Positions 27,459 through 37,223 of a DNA stretch of 64,000 nt are shown here, piece after piece. This stretch comes from a bacterium. Lineage in GTDB: Bacteria; Bacteroidota; Rhodothermia; Rhodothermales; UBA10348. The notes beneath the pieces were generated by a model, which had not been told where the DNA came from, searched no databases, and saw only the letters and a list, made by a program, of their open reading frames with translations. Position 1 is the first letter of the stretch. Each line of letters begins with the position of its first letter. The DNA lies in NCBI GenBank assembly GCA_013204185.1, contig JABMOI010000004.1, forward strand, positions 5,272 through 69,271, given 5' to 3'. Position numbers and translations under genes: made by a program.

Positions 27459-27575
27459 CGTAGGTCTCGGCTAGGAATGAGATATAATCTGCCGTTAATG
27501 TAGGTGAACGCGAGGGATCACATCAAGCGCGAAACTTTCTTTTAAAAGGCCGCGTATTGGCGCTATGCTATGGCA

Positions 27576-27650
27576 CCGTATAGTTCAACACAGTATAGTT
27601 CAACACAGTATAGCCCTCCATAGTATAGCTCTCCACAGTATAGCCAGCAG
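27576..27650. repeat. five contiguous 15-bp direct repeats (consensus CAGTATAGYYCWMCA) ending 7 bp before the PadR start codon
   Basis: CCGTATAGTTCAACA / CAGTATAGTTCAACA / CAGTATAGCCCTCCA / TAGTATAGCTCTCCA / CAGTATAGCCAGCAG. They show up in the track ORF as IVQHS-IVQHS-IALHS-IALHS-IAS. Confidence 0.95.
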
Positions 27651-27657
27651 ATTCAAC

Positions 27658-27996
27658 ATGCTACCAAAGTCCTTAACAGCCGCCATCCTCAGGCCCATCG
27701 TGCTTTCCACCCTCGATTGTGGAAATGCCTACGGATATCAACTCAGTCAACGCATCGAATTAATCTCGAACGGTTCGATCGAATGGAATACAGGCACCCT
27801 CTATCCGGTGCTCCACCGGCTGGAAGCAGACGGCTTGGTCGAATCCTTTTGGCAGGAATCCGATAGCGGCCCTAGGCGCAAGTACTATCGCATTACCGCA
27901 GCTGGGCGAAAAGAGGCCAAGGCAGAGCAATTGCAGTGGGTTGAAATCTACGAAATCATGGTCCGTCTCTGGAAAAAGGACGTTTCATTCGGGTAA
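27658..27996 (+). CDS. PadR-family transcriptional regulator
   Basis: LRPIVLSTLDCGNAYGYQLSQRIE...GTLYPVLHRLEADGLVESFWQESDSGPRRKYYRITAAGR is the canonical PadR winged helix. I prefer ATG 27658; the track N-terminus is the translated repeat. Confidence 0.9.
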   Translation: MLPKSLTAAILRPIVLSTLDCGNAYGYQLSQRIELISNGSIEWNTGTLYPVLHRLEADGLVESFWQESDSGPRRKYYRITAAGRKEAKAEQLQWVEIYEIMVRLWKKDVSFG

Positions 27997-28002
27997 TCTG
28001 AT

Positions 28003-30729
28003 ATGCCAAACAACAATTTCAACCTAGAAACGGCCATCGATACGTGGAAGGCCTTCTTCAAACATCGTCCTGCCTTCTTCCAAGACGATCTCGAGGAGCT
28101 CGAACTCCACCTGCGTGAACACATCGCCGAGCTCATCCAGGAAGGTCATTCCGATGAAGAAGCGTTTCGCGAGGCTTCGTCAAAACTCGGAAACGTAACT
28201 CAATTAGACGACGCGTTCAAAACCGTTGTCTGGCCGAAAATCAAGCATAAAAAACAAGTCGCCTCATCGCTCTTAGGTCAGATTTCCATGATCCGTAGTT
28301 ACCTCAAATCCGCTGTTCGAAATCTCGTCAAGCAAAAAGGATACAGTTCGCTCAACATTGGCGGGCTCATGGTTGGGTTGGCGTGCTCGTTCCTCGTTTT
28401 CATCTGGATTCAGACCCAGCTGAGCGTCGATGCATTTCACGAACATGCCGACCGACTCTATCAGGTAAAGGTCAACAGTTTGGAGGGGCTCGAAACCAAA
28501 ACGTGGTCAAATGCACCGGCCCCGCTTGCCTTTCACCTCGAAACAGAGTTTTCTGAAGTAGGAGCGGCCATCCTGAGCATGCCCATCCGGGCATCTCTTC
28601 GAAATGAAGATGTGGCCGTTCGGGAAGTTGGTTTTTTCGCCGGCCCCGCCTTTTTTGAAGCCTTCACCTTTCCGTTTCTAGCTGGAGATCCAGCTTCGGC
28701 CTTGGACGCACCGGGCCAGATTGCCATTTCGAGCACGCTGGCTTCAAAGCTCTTCGGTAAAAAATGGCAGGCGGAAGGAAGCGCCATCGGTGAATTGATT
28801 TCGCTGGACTACTGGCAGTCGAATGGCGGGGTGCTGGGCAATGCTGTTCGAATTGATGCCAAAGCAGAGTACATCGTCACGGGTGTTTTTGAAGACGTTC
28901 CATCCAACTCTTCGTTGTCATTCGATTTTGTCCTGCCAACACAGGATGTATTTAATGTTTTCGGTCACCTGACGTCGTGGGGACCGAGGTGGTTTGAGTT
29001 ATATGTCTTGCTAAATGAGAATGCGAGTGGCGCCGAGCTGGCTCCAAAAATGCAATCCGTGCTTTCAGCCAACGACACGAGCGCAAAGGACCAGCAGCTC
29101 ATCCTGCAGCCATTCGCGGAAACATACCTCCACGGCTCATTCGAACAGGGACACCCGGCGGGCGGCCTCATCGAGCGCCTGTACCTCATTGGGCTAGTGG
29201 GCCTTGCCATCCTCCTCATTGCGTGCATCAACTTCACCAACCTCTTGACGGCTAGGTCCAGCCAGCGGGCCCGGGAAATCGGTGTTCGAAAGGTTATCGG
29301 GGCCACCCCGTCTGCTTTGGTTCATCAGTTTCTAGGCGAAGCCTTTCTAACGGCCATGATCGCTTTTGTGGGCGCCATTCTGCTCATGATTTTGGTCATG
29401 CCCCTTTTCAACCTGGCAACAGGTCTTGACGCAGCGCTTTCTGATCAGTCCCCGGGTACCTGGCTAACGTTCTTCGGAATTGCGGTAGCCGCCGGGCTGC
29501 TCGCTGGGGTGTATCCTGCATTCGTCCTCTCGTCCATGAATGTGATTCGGGTGTTTCAAGGCCATGGCGGCAGGCTGAAACAGAAAGGAGTCCGGATGCG
29601 GGAGGGCTTGGTCATCTTCCAATTCGCCGTGTCTGTTTTCCTAGTCGTGGCCACCATGACCATCTATCAACAAATCGACTTCTTGCGTTCGAAAGACCTA
29701 GGCCTGGATAAGGAAAACGTGGTTATGATGCGCATTGAGGGCGATTTGGGAACTCAGTTTGAGTCTGCACGGACTCAGCTACTGCGTTCATCCGCCATTT
29801 TGAATGTCTCAAAATCGAGCGCACATCCCCTTGGCGTGGCCATCATAAACTCAAATGTCAATTGGGAAGGCAAGCAAGAGGGAGATCTGGTGCTCTTTAA
29901 GGTGCTCGAAACGGACGAGTACTTCGCCGAAACCATGAAGCTGCACATGGTAGCGGGCCGCTATTTTGACGGCTCCGTAGACACAGGCCAGCTGAACTAT
30001 GTAGTAAACGAAGAAGCGGTTCGCGCGCTCGGTCTGGAATCCCCGATTGGGTATCCACTTGCATTGGGATACGAAGTGGAAGGAGATGGAACGGGCACGG
30101 GTAAGATTGTGGGCGTCGTAAAGGACTTTCATTCGGGTTCTCTGGTGGATCAGCAGATTGGCCCCATGATTTTGCGTTACGAACCCGATGCGGCCAACTT
30201 CCTGCTAGCGCGCGTTGCAGGAGACAGAACAGCGGAAGGACTGGCCGATCTTAAAGACATGAACGACCAGTTCAATCCGTCTTATCCATTCGAATACTCC
30301 TTTCTGGACGCTGAATACGACAGTTATTACAGCGACGAGGTCGTCATTGGCATCCTTTCCCGCGCGTTTGCCTTGGTTGCCATCCTTATTGCCCTCCTTG
30401 GGCTGCTGGGTCTCACCGCGTTCTCCGTTCAGCAGAGGGCCAAGGAAGTGGGGGTTCGCTTGGTGATGGGCGCCACCAAGCGCGACATTGTGGTGCTCCT
30501 TTCCCGCGAACTCGTGCAGTTGGTGGCCTTGTCGCTCATTTTGGCGCTTCCGGCGGCTTACTGGATCATGAAACAGTGGTTGACTTCGTTCGCCTACCGG
30601 GTTGAAATGAGCTGGGTCACCCTGACGGTTGCGGCTGGAATTTCGCTGCTCCTTGCCATAACAACGGTTGGCTACCAGGCCTACCGCGCAGCCCTGCAAA
30701 AACCCACCAGTTTGCTCCGGTCTGAGTAA
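28003..30729 (+). CDS. duplicated FtsX-type permease with N-terminal cytoplasmic 'permease prefix' helix domain (ADOP-like)
   Basis: About 90-aa helical prefix, then MIRSYLKSAVRNLVKQKGYSSLNIGGLMVGL. Two FtsX modules (EIGVRKVIGAT..., EVGVRLVMGAT...). Begins 6 nt after PadR. Confidence 0.88.
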   Translation: MPNNNFNLETAIDTWKAFFKHRPAFFQDDLEELELHLREHIAELIQEGHSDEEAFREASSKLGNVTQLDDAFKTVVWPKIKHKKQVASSLLGQISMIRSYLKSAVRNLVKQKGYSSLNIGGLMVGLACSFLVFIWIQTQLSVDAFHEHADRLYQVKVNSLEGLETKTWSNAPAPLAFHLETEFSEVGAAILSMPIRASLRNEDVAVREVGFFAGPAFFEAFTFPFLAGDPASALDAPGQIAISSTLASKLFGKKWQAEGSAIGELISLDYWQSNGGVLGNAVRIDAKAEYIVTGVFEDVPSNSSLSFDFVLPTQDVFNVFGHLTSWGPRWFELYVLLNENASGAELAPKMQSVLSANDTSAKDQQLILQPFAETYLHGSFEQGHPAGGLIERLYLIGLVGLAILLIACINFTNLLTARSSQRAREIGVRKVIGATPSALVHQFLGEAFLTAMIAFVGAILLMILVMPLFNLATGLDAALSDQSPGTWLTFFGIAVAAGLLAGVYPAFVLSSMNVIRVFQGHGGRLKQKGVRMREGLVIFQFAVSVFLVVATMTIYQQIDFLRSKDLGLDKENVVMMRIEGDLGTQFESARTQLLRSSAILNVSKSSAHPLGVAIINSNVNWEGKQEGDLVLFKVLETDEYFAETMKLHMVAGRYFDGSVDTGQLNYVVNEEAVRALGLESPIGYPLALGYEVEGDGTGTGKIVGVVKDFHSGSLVDQQIGPMILRYEPDAANFLLARVAGDRTAEGLADLKDMNDQFNPSYPFEYSFLDAEYDSYYSDEVVIGILSRAFALVAILIALLGLLGLTAFSVQQRAKEVGVRLVMGATKRDIVVLLSRELVQLVALSLILALPAAYWIMKQWLTSFAYRVEMSWVTLTVAAGISLLLAITTVGYQAYRAALQKPTSLLRSE

Positions 30730-30813
30730 GAAGGGAATCCCCTTCTAGCTTTTTAGGTGGCAATTGCATACCGTCTTGAACAGACGATTTTATGGACCCA
30801 TCTCCCACCTCCC

Positions 30814-33800
30814 ATGTGCCCTTTCTCCTTCAGAATTGCTTTTCTGCTCGTTGCCCTTTTGGGTAGCTCAGCTGATTTCGCTACAACTCAATCCGCCACC
30901 GCCCAGTCCACCACGCTCAGCCCAGATCTTTATGCCGATATGCACTGGCGCTCCATTGGGCCTACGCGGGCCGGGCGCACACGGGCGCTCGATGGCGTGC
31001 CTAGTCAACCCAATGTATTTTACATCGGGTTCGACAACGGGGGTGTATGGCGCTCTACAGACTACGGATCGAACTGGGTGCCGCTCTTTGATAACGAGCC
31101 CACGAGCTCCATTGGCGCCATCGCGGTGGCCCCGTCCGACCCGAATATTATCTATGTAGGCAGTGGCGGGGGGATTATTCGCCCAGACCTGTCCACGGGT
31201 GATGGAATGTACAAGTCCATCGACGCCGGAGCCACATGGACGCATCTAGGCCTGCGCGACAGCCAAATGATTGCCGATGTGGTGGTCGACCCAACCAATC
31301 CAAACCGGTTATTTGTGGCAGTGCTTGGGCATCCGTACGGCCCCAACACCGAGCGCGGCGTCTTCCGATCGCTTGATGGGGGGAAAACCTTCGAAAAAGT
31401 GCTCTATATAGATGAATACACGAGCGCAAACGACTTGTTGATGGATCCAAAGGATCCCAACACGCTCTACGCTACGCTTTGGCCGCAGCAACAGAGCTTC
31501 CGTGAAAGCGGAGCGTTTGGCGGTGCGGGCACCGGTATTTTCAAGTCCACGGACGGCGGCGACACCTGGAAACCCCTCTCTGAAGGCCTACCCAACGTAA
31601 TTCAAGCCAACCTCGCCATTGCGCCTTCGAACCCCAACCTGATCTATGCCGTGGTTGCTGGCACGCCCAAAGGGGAAGAGCTTAAGGGCACCACCGGCGT
31701 CGTAGGGTTCTACAAATCCACGGACGCAGGCGAGCATTGGATGCCCGTTAATGTGCCAGAGGGAGCGATGGCCGAGGCCACTGAGCATGTGGATACGCGG
31801 CCGCTGGCCCGTATTGGCGGCGGTGACCTTCCCACCTTCACAGTCGATCCAAAAAATGAAAACGTGATTTACAGCGCCACCGTCGTTATGTGGCGCAGCG
31901 AGGACGGGGGGGTGCATTGGAGCGCAGTGCGCGGCGCATACGGAGGGGACGACTATCAGAAAATCTGGATCAACCCAAACAACCCAGATATCATCCTGAC
32001 CGTATCCGATCAAGGCGCCGTAATCTCCGCCAACCGCGGTGAGTCCTGGAGCAACTGGTTCACCCAGCCAACAGCCGCCATGTACCACGTCACGGCGGAC
32101 AACGCCTTTCCTTACCGCTTGTGTGGCGGCCAACAAGATTCGGGCTCGGCCTGCGTGAGTAGCCGCTCAAACGATGGCATGATCACCTTCCACGACTGGC
32201 ACCCCGTCGGGATTCAGGAATATGGCATTGCCGCTCCTGACCCAAGAGATCCGGACGTTGTATTTGGATCGAGCCGCAGCGACGTGACCCGATACGATGG
32301 CAAAACCGGTCAAAAAAGCAGCGTTGGTCCTGATATGGGCCCTCGCGGCGGAGAATTCAATCGGAATGTGCGTACCATGCCGTTGCAGTGGTCTCCCTTG
32401 GATCCAGACGTCCTGTTTTATGCTTCGAATGCCGTTTGGAAGACGTTGGACCGAGGCGCAAGCTGGTCTCGAATCAGCCCCGACCTGTCCCGTCCGACGT
32501 GGGACGTCCCGAAGAGCGCTGGTAAATACGCTGAATCCGTAGAAGTCAGCGCCCAGGGAACGATTACCGCGCTATCGCCCTCGCCCATGGACATCGATAT
32601 TCTGTGGGCCGGCACGGACGATGGCAATATACAGGTCACTTGGAACGGTGGAGAGAGCTGGACGAATGTCACGCCTCCCTCCATCAAGCCTTGGGCCCGT
32701 GTTTTCAACATTGAAGCCGGTCATTTTGACAAAGGCACGGCGTATGCTGCGGTGAATACCATGCGCATCGACGATATGGATCCGCATTTCTATCGGACTC
32801 ATGACGGCGGCAAAACCTGGACGGAAATCAATACGGGGCTTACTCCCGGCGCGGTTGCTAACTCAATTCGGGAAGATCCGCGCAAAGAAGGGCTTCTTTA
32901 TGCCGCAACGGAAACACAGGTCTGGTTTTCGATTGATGATGGAGACCACTGGCAGTCGCTGCGCATGAATATGCCGGCTACATCCGTGCGCGACATCCAA
33001 GTGAAGGATGATGCGACCTGTATGTGCTCTGACCTAGTGGCCGGAACGCACGGCCGAGGATTCTGGATACTGGACAATGTGACGCCACTACGTCAATTGG
33101 CCGACGCCAAGGCTGCCAATGCAGCGTATCTGTTCAAGCCTGCAACGGCACTTCGTGTGCGTTTTGGGACCAACGACCCAACCGAGTGGACGCCCGAGCT
33201 ACCGCACGGCGAAAACCCTCCTCCAGGTGGTTTGATTGACTACTATTTGGCCAAAGACGCGTCAGGGCCTGTGACGCTTGATATTTTGGATGCAAAAGGG
33301 ATGGTCGTTCGCTCGCTTTCAAGCGCAGACCCAGTGCTTTCGCCAGATCCTGCCTTGGATCCCGAGGGGTATGATGAGATCTGCCAAAAAGACCCAACCG
33401 CTCCCAATTGTAGAGTGCCGCTATACTGGCCCGCTCCACAGATGGTGCTTTCCACACAAAAAGGAATGCATCGATTCTCTTGGGACCTGCGTTTTGAGCC
33501 TATTGGTGATGAGCCACGAGCAGGCGGCGGCGCTACCGGCGCGGTGCCAGGTCACACGTACCCAGCCGTCGAGGCCCCATGGGCGCCAGGGGGAGAGTAC
33601 ACGGTTCGGTTGACAGTGGGCGGAAAAACGTACAGCCAGCCTCTTTCCTTGCGTCTCGATCCTCGGGTAAGCACTTCGCCAACGGAGCTTGAGCATGTTG
33701 CGACCCTTTCGCGCGAGATGTACGATGGCGCGATTGCTGCTAACGCTGCTTTCGAAGAGGCCCGCGCGCTGGTCGATACCGTTTCGAATGCTACGCTCAA

Positions 33801-34044
33801 GGCTGAGCTTGAAGGCTTGGCTCCGGCTCCGCGTCCTTCAACCGGACGACGTTTCTTTGGAGGAGGTGAGCCAGCGGGCCCACCAAGCCTAAGCGATGTG
33901 AGTGGCCAATTGATGCGCGCTGCCATGTCCATGCAAGATGCGGAAGTGGGCCCCACGGAACGTCAAATTGCAGAGTGCAATGCAGCAAGGGTTCAGCTGG
34001 AAGAAGTCATGGGACGTTGGGAGGCCATCAGGGCAAAACTGTAA
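30814..34044 (+). CDS. secreted BNR/Asp-box repeat (sortilin/VPS10-like, glycosyl-hydrolase-like) beta-propeller protein
   Basis: At least 10 S-x-D-x-G-x-T-W type boxes (STDYGSNW, SIDAGATW, SLDGGKTF, STDGGDTW, STDAGEHW, SEDGGVHW, TLDRGASW, THDGGKTW, ...). Signal peptide starts from ATG 30814. Confidence 0.85.
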   Translation: MCPFSFRIAFLLVALLGSSADFATTQSATAQSTTLSPDLYADMHWRSIGPTRAGRTRALDGVPSQPNVFYIGFDNGGVWRSTDYGSNWVPLFDNEPTSSIGAIAVAPSDPNIIYVGSGGGIIRPDLSTGDGMYKSIDAGATWTHLGLRDSQMIADVVVDPTNPNRLFVAVLGHPYGPNTERGVFRSLDGGKTFEKVLYIDEYTSANDLLMDPKDPNTLYATLWPQQQSFRESGAFGGAGTGIFKSTDGGDTWKPLSEGLPNVIQANLAIAPSNPNLIYAVVAGTPKGEELKGTTGVVGFYKSTDAGEHWMPVNVPEGAMAEATEHVDTRPLARIGGGDLPTFTVDPKNENVIYSATVVMWRSEDGGVHWSAVRGAYGGDDYQKIWINPNNPDIILTVSDQGAVISANRGESWSNWFTQPTAAMYHVTADNAFPYRLCGGQQDSGSACVSSRSNDGMITFHDWHPVGIQEYGIAAPDPRDPDVVFGSSRSDVTRYDGKTGQKSSVGPDMGPRGGEFNRNVRTMPLQWSPLDPDVLFYASNAVWKTLDRGASWSRISPDLSRPTWDVPKSAGKYAESVEVSAQGTITALSPSPMDIDILWAGTDDGNIQVTWNGGESWTNVTPPSIKPWARVFNIEAGHFDKGTAYAAVNTMRIDDMDPHFYRTHDGGKTWTEINTGLTPGAVANSIREDPRKEGLLYAATETQVWFSIDDGDHWQSLRMNMPATSVRDIQVKDDATCMCSDLVAGTHGRGFWILDNVTPLRQLADAKAANAAYLFKPATALRVRFGTNDPTEWTPELPHGENPPPGGLIDYYLAKDASGPVTLDILDAKGMVVRSLSSADPVLSPDPALDPEGYDEICQKDPTAPNCRVPLYWPAPQMVLSTQKGMHRFSWDLRFEPIGDEPRAGGGATGAVPGHTYPAVEAPWAPGGEYTVRLTVGGKTYSQPLSLRLDPRVSTSPTELEHVATLSREMYDGAIAANAAFEEARALVDTVSNATLKAELEGLAPAPRPSTGRRFFGGGEPAGPPSLSDVSGQLMRAAMSMQDAEVGPTERQIAECNAARVQLEEVMGRWEAIRAKL

Positions 34045-34077
34045 CAACAACTGTAACAACAGGTAGATCTGACCCTC

Positions 34078-35574
34078 CTAATGGTTCACAAAGCGCAAAC
34101 CGGATTCCTTGGTATCAGCTAAGAGCTGAGTCAAGTGGTTCACAATGTCCGGGTGGTCGCCCGCCTGGTTGGCGGTCTCATACGGATCCGTATCGAGGTT
34201 ATACAGCTCTAACGTGATGTCTTTCAAGCCATTCCGGTCGTTGGGATTAAGGATGAGCAGCTTCCACGGTCCGCTTCGAATCGAGAAATCGCCGTTGGAA
34301 TTATCGGCGATCAGAGCCGGGCGTTCTTGGACCAATTCCTTTGGGCCGAACAGGGCAGAAAGAACCGAGTAGCTGTCTTCCGCAGCGTCATCAGGAAGAT
34401 CAGAATCAAAATAGTCGGCGAACGTAGCCACCATATCCGTCAAACTGATCGATACATCCGTTCGCGCACCAGCCTCGACATGACCTGGCCATCGGATTAC
34501 AAATGGCACTTTGTGACCGCCTTCATACACCGTGTTTTTGTAACCGCGGAAGGGCCCTGCAGACATGTGGCCGTTTTCGCCGCGCCGTGGGCCATTGTCA
34601 CTGGTAAAGATTAGGATCGTGTTGTCCAGCACCCCTTCCTTTTCCAGTTCGTCTCGAATTTCGCCCACAACCCAGTCAACGAGCGCATTCATATCTCCAC
34701 GTGGTCCGGCTTGGCTAGCGCCCTTGATGAAGTCAGGAGGGGTGAACGGAATGTGCGGCGCGGACAGGCTGTAATACAGAAAGAATGGCTGATCGGGTGC
34801 TTTCGCGACATGATTTGAGATGAACGACACCGCCTTCTCTGTAAGGTGTGTGTCGACTTTTTCCTGATCCCAATCCGGCACCATAAGACCCTCGACTACT
34901 CCCGGCTGCGCAGCCATCTCGGGCGGCGTCATGACGGTGGGTTCTTCCACCCACCGATCGTTTTCAATGAAAGCGAAAGGGGAATCGTTGTTCGGACCAC
35001 CTGCATTTCCAAAGAAATAGTCGAATCCAAGGTCTGTCGGTCCACCAAGTACAGGTTTGCTGAAATCGACCTGCATTTCATTCATCGTATACTGCCTTCC
35101 AAATCCCTGTTGCGGCTTGGAGGGGTACCACAACCCGAGGTGCCATTTTCCAATGTATCCGGTTTCATAGCCCTGCTCTTGCATGAGGCTTCCCCAGGTC
35201 AAACGTTCCGGCGGAATGGTCGGAGGGTCGTAGGGCATGACCAGAGAATGACCTTTGTAGGTTCTCCAGAAGAAGCGACCCGTCATGACGCCATAACGTG
35301 TTGGGCTGCATACCGCTGCGCCGGAATGGGCATCCATGAACATCAGACCCTCTTGCGACAACCGGTCGATGTTGGGAGTGGCAATCAGTGATTCTGGATT
35401 ATATGCCTGTACGTCTCCCCAACCCATGTCGTCGGCCATGATGTAAACGACATTCGGGCGGCTGACCGGCTTGACGTCCGCAGTACACGATTGCAGAAAT
35501 AGCAGCGGAGTTACAGCAATCAGGTAGGTCAGAAATCGTTGCAACGGTCCCAGATTTCGGGCGAACTGTGTCAT
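34078..35574 (-). CDS. arylsulfatase-family sulfatase (formylglycine-dependent)
   Basis: NVVYIMADDMGWGDV and the C-x-P-x-R motif AAVCSPTRYGVMTGR; FTSDNGP. Confidence 0.92.
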   Translation of the reverse strand: MTQFARNLGPLQRFLTYLIAVTPLLFLQSCTADVKPVSRPNVVYIMADDMGWGDVQAYNPESLIATPNIDRLSQEGLMFMDAHSGAAVCSPTRYGVMTGRFFWRTYKGHSLVMPYDPPTIPPERLTWGSLMQEQGYETGYIGKWHLGLWYPSKPQQGFGRQYTMNEMQVDFSKPVLGGPTDLGFDYFFGNAGGPNNDSPFAFIENDRWVEEPTVMTPPEMAAQPGVVEGLMVPDWDQEKVDTHLTEKAVSFISNHVAKAPDQPFFLYYSLSAPHIPFTPPDFIKGASQAGPRGDMNALVDWVVGEIRDELEKEGVLDNTILIFTSDNGPRRGENGHMSAGPFRGYKNTVYEGGHKVPFVIRWPGHVEAGARTDVSISLTDMVATFADYFDSDLPDDAAEDSYSVLSALFGPKELVQERPALIADNSNGDFSIRSGPWKLLILNPNDRNGLKDITLELYNLDTDPYETANQAGDHPDIVNHLTQLLADTKESGLRFVNH

Positions 35575-35684
35575 TTTGAGTAGGGCTTCACTTTAAACAG
35601 AGACGTTTATCTCCTGCCAAGACTTCCATTGATTATAGGTTTAACACCTTCTCATTTCAAAATCACAACCATGCTGGGAGGCAG

Positions 35685-37094
35685 TTAGGACGAAGTAGTA
35701 GTGATTGGGTTGTACCGCAAGAAGACGGCTTCCACAATCAGAATGCTTGCCATCAAGGCGGCGGCAACTACGACCACAAGTACATCACTGGAGATCTTCA
35801 CCCAAAGAAATCCACTTAGAACAATTACATCAAGTGCGATTGCTCCTATAAGAATGGCGCCATTGGCGCCAATTTCTTGCCGCAGGTGTCGATAAACGCC
35901 CCAATGCATGGCAACGTCCATGATCAGATATAGGATAATGCCCAACGCTGCAATGCGTGTCATGTCAAAGAATATGGTTAGCAGCAGGCCCAACACGACC
36001 GTGTAGACCAGCGTATGCTTTTGAATGCTGCCTGGCATCCCAAAATGGCTGTGAGGGACAAGTTTCATTTCCGTCAGCATGGCCAACATGCGAGAGACGG
36101 CGAATATGCTGGCGATAATTCCGCCTGCTGTAGCTAGCATGGCCAGCACAACCGTAAACCAGACAGCGTATGTGCCCAACGCCGGCTTGGCGGCCGCGGC
36201 CAGCGAGTAGTCCTTTGTTTCGATGATTTCCTGAAGAGACAAATTGCTTGCAACAGCAAAGCCCACCAGTGCATAGACGACCACACAAAGCGCAATGGAA
36301 ATGATGATGGCTCGGCCCACATTCTTGTGCGGGTTTTTGAGCTCGGAGCCACTATTGGTGATGGTGGTAAACCCTTTGAAGGCAAGAATTCCGAGAGCGG
36401 TAGCGCCAATAAAGCCGGTCCATGATGCATCCATGCTCTGAGCTGAGAAATTTACTTCCACCGAATCTGCCACGACAATCCCAACTACACCGAACAGGAC
36501 GATTCCGCTCACCTTAATGAATCCTAGGGCTGATGATACTCCCTCGATTATTCGGTTTTTCGTCAAGTTGATCAGAAAGGCAACCACAATCAATCCGACT
36601 CCCAATGTGGGTACCAAGAAACTGGAATCGTCTATTTCAAACAGCTGTAGGGTATATGCCCCGAATGTTCGAGCCAGAAAACTTTGCGCAATGACCATCG
36701 AGAAGTACATGAGCAACGCATGAAAAGCCGTTGTCAGCGTGCTGCCGTACGCCTTTTTCAAGTACATAGCTATTCCACCCGCCGATGGATAGGCATTCGA
36801 CATCTTGACGTAGGAATACGCGCTGAACGTGACAATCAACGCGGCGGAAAGGAACGCCAAGGGGAAAAGACTCCCTGTCATCTCTGCCATCTGCCCCGTT
36901 AGAGCAAAAATGCCAGCTCCAATCATCACTCCGGTGCCCAGTGCAACAGCTCCAACCAGTGTTAGGCTATCCTTTTTTATATTGCTGTTTTTTGTGCTCG
37001 ATGGCGTTCTACTCTCCCACTTTATTTCGTTCAACACGATATTCTCTTCCGTTAGAGTATAGACATCACAGTATACACATCTAGGTACCAGCAA
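35685..37094 (-). CDS. APC-superfamily amino-acid permease (N-terminus uncertain)
   Basis: About 12 TM helices and GTGVMIGAGIFALTG. There is no ATG upstream of TM1, so the candidates are TTG 37094 or GTG/TTG near 37037. Confidence 0.8.
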   Translation of the reverse strand: MLVPRCVYCDVYTLTEENIVLNEIKWESRTPSSTKNSNIKKDSLTLVGAVALGTGVMIGAGIFALTGQMAEMTGSLFPLAFLSAALIVTFSAYSYVKMSNAYPSAGGIAMYLKKAYGSTLTTAFHALLMYFSMVIAQSFLARTFGAYTLQLFEIDDSSFLVPTLGVGLIVVAFLINLTKNRIIEGVSSALGFIKVSGIVLFGVVGIVVADSVEVNFSAQSMDASWTGFIGATALGILAFKGFTTITNSGSELKNPHKNVGRAIIISIALCVVVYALVGFAVASNLSLQEIIETKDYSLAAAAKPALGTYAVWFTVVLAMLATAGGIIASIFAVSRMLAMLTEMKLVPHSHFGMPGSIQKHTLVYTVVLGLLLTIFFDMTRIAALGIILYLIMDVAMHWGVYRHLRQEIGANGAILIGAIALDVIVLSGFLWVKISSDVLVVVVAAALMASILIVEAVFLRYNPITTTSS

Positions 37095-37223
37095 GTTGTT
37101 GGATCAGCCATCAGGCGTCAACAGGCTAAGCTTCAGGCCCTGGCAACCTGCCAACATGGATGGCGTTTGTCTCCCTTCAATGAACGGCGCCTCCTGCGCC
37201 ACGTACCGAACACCACTTTCGAA

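Noticed and set aside
27576-27650. Tandem repeats considered as a mini CRISPR array or as coding sequence (track ORF 27565..27996 N-terminus)
   Set aside because: The units are only 15 bp and contiguous with no spacers, so this is not CRISPR. The PadR fold starts at M32 (ATG 27658), so the IVQHS-type peptide repeats are a translation artefact.
30764-33988. Numerous 60-180-aa ORFs in other frames and on the opposite strand within the BNR-repeat gene
   Set aside because: They lie in a GC-rich coding region where off-frame ORFs are expected. The 1077-aa frame carries more than 10 Asp-box motifs and a signal peptide.
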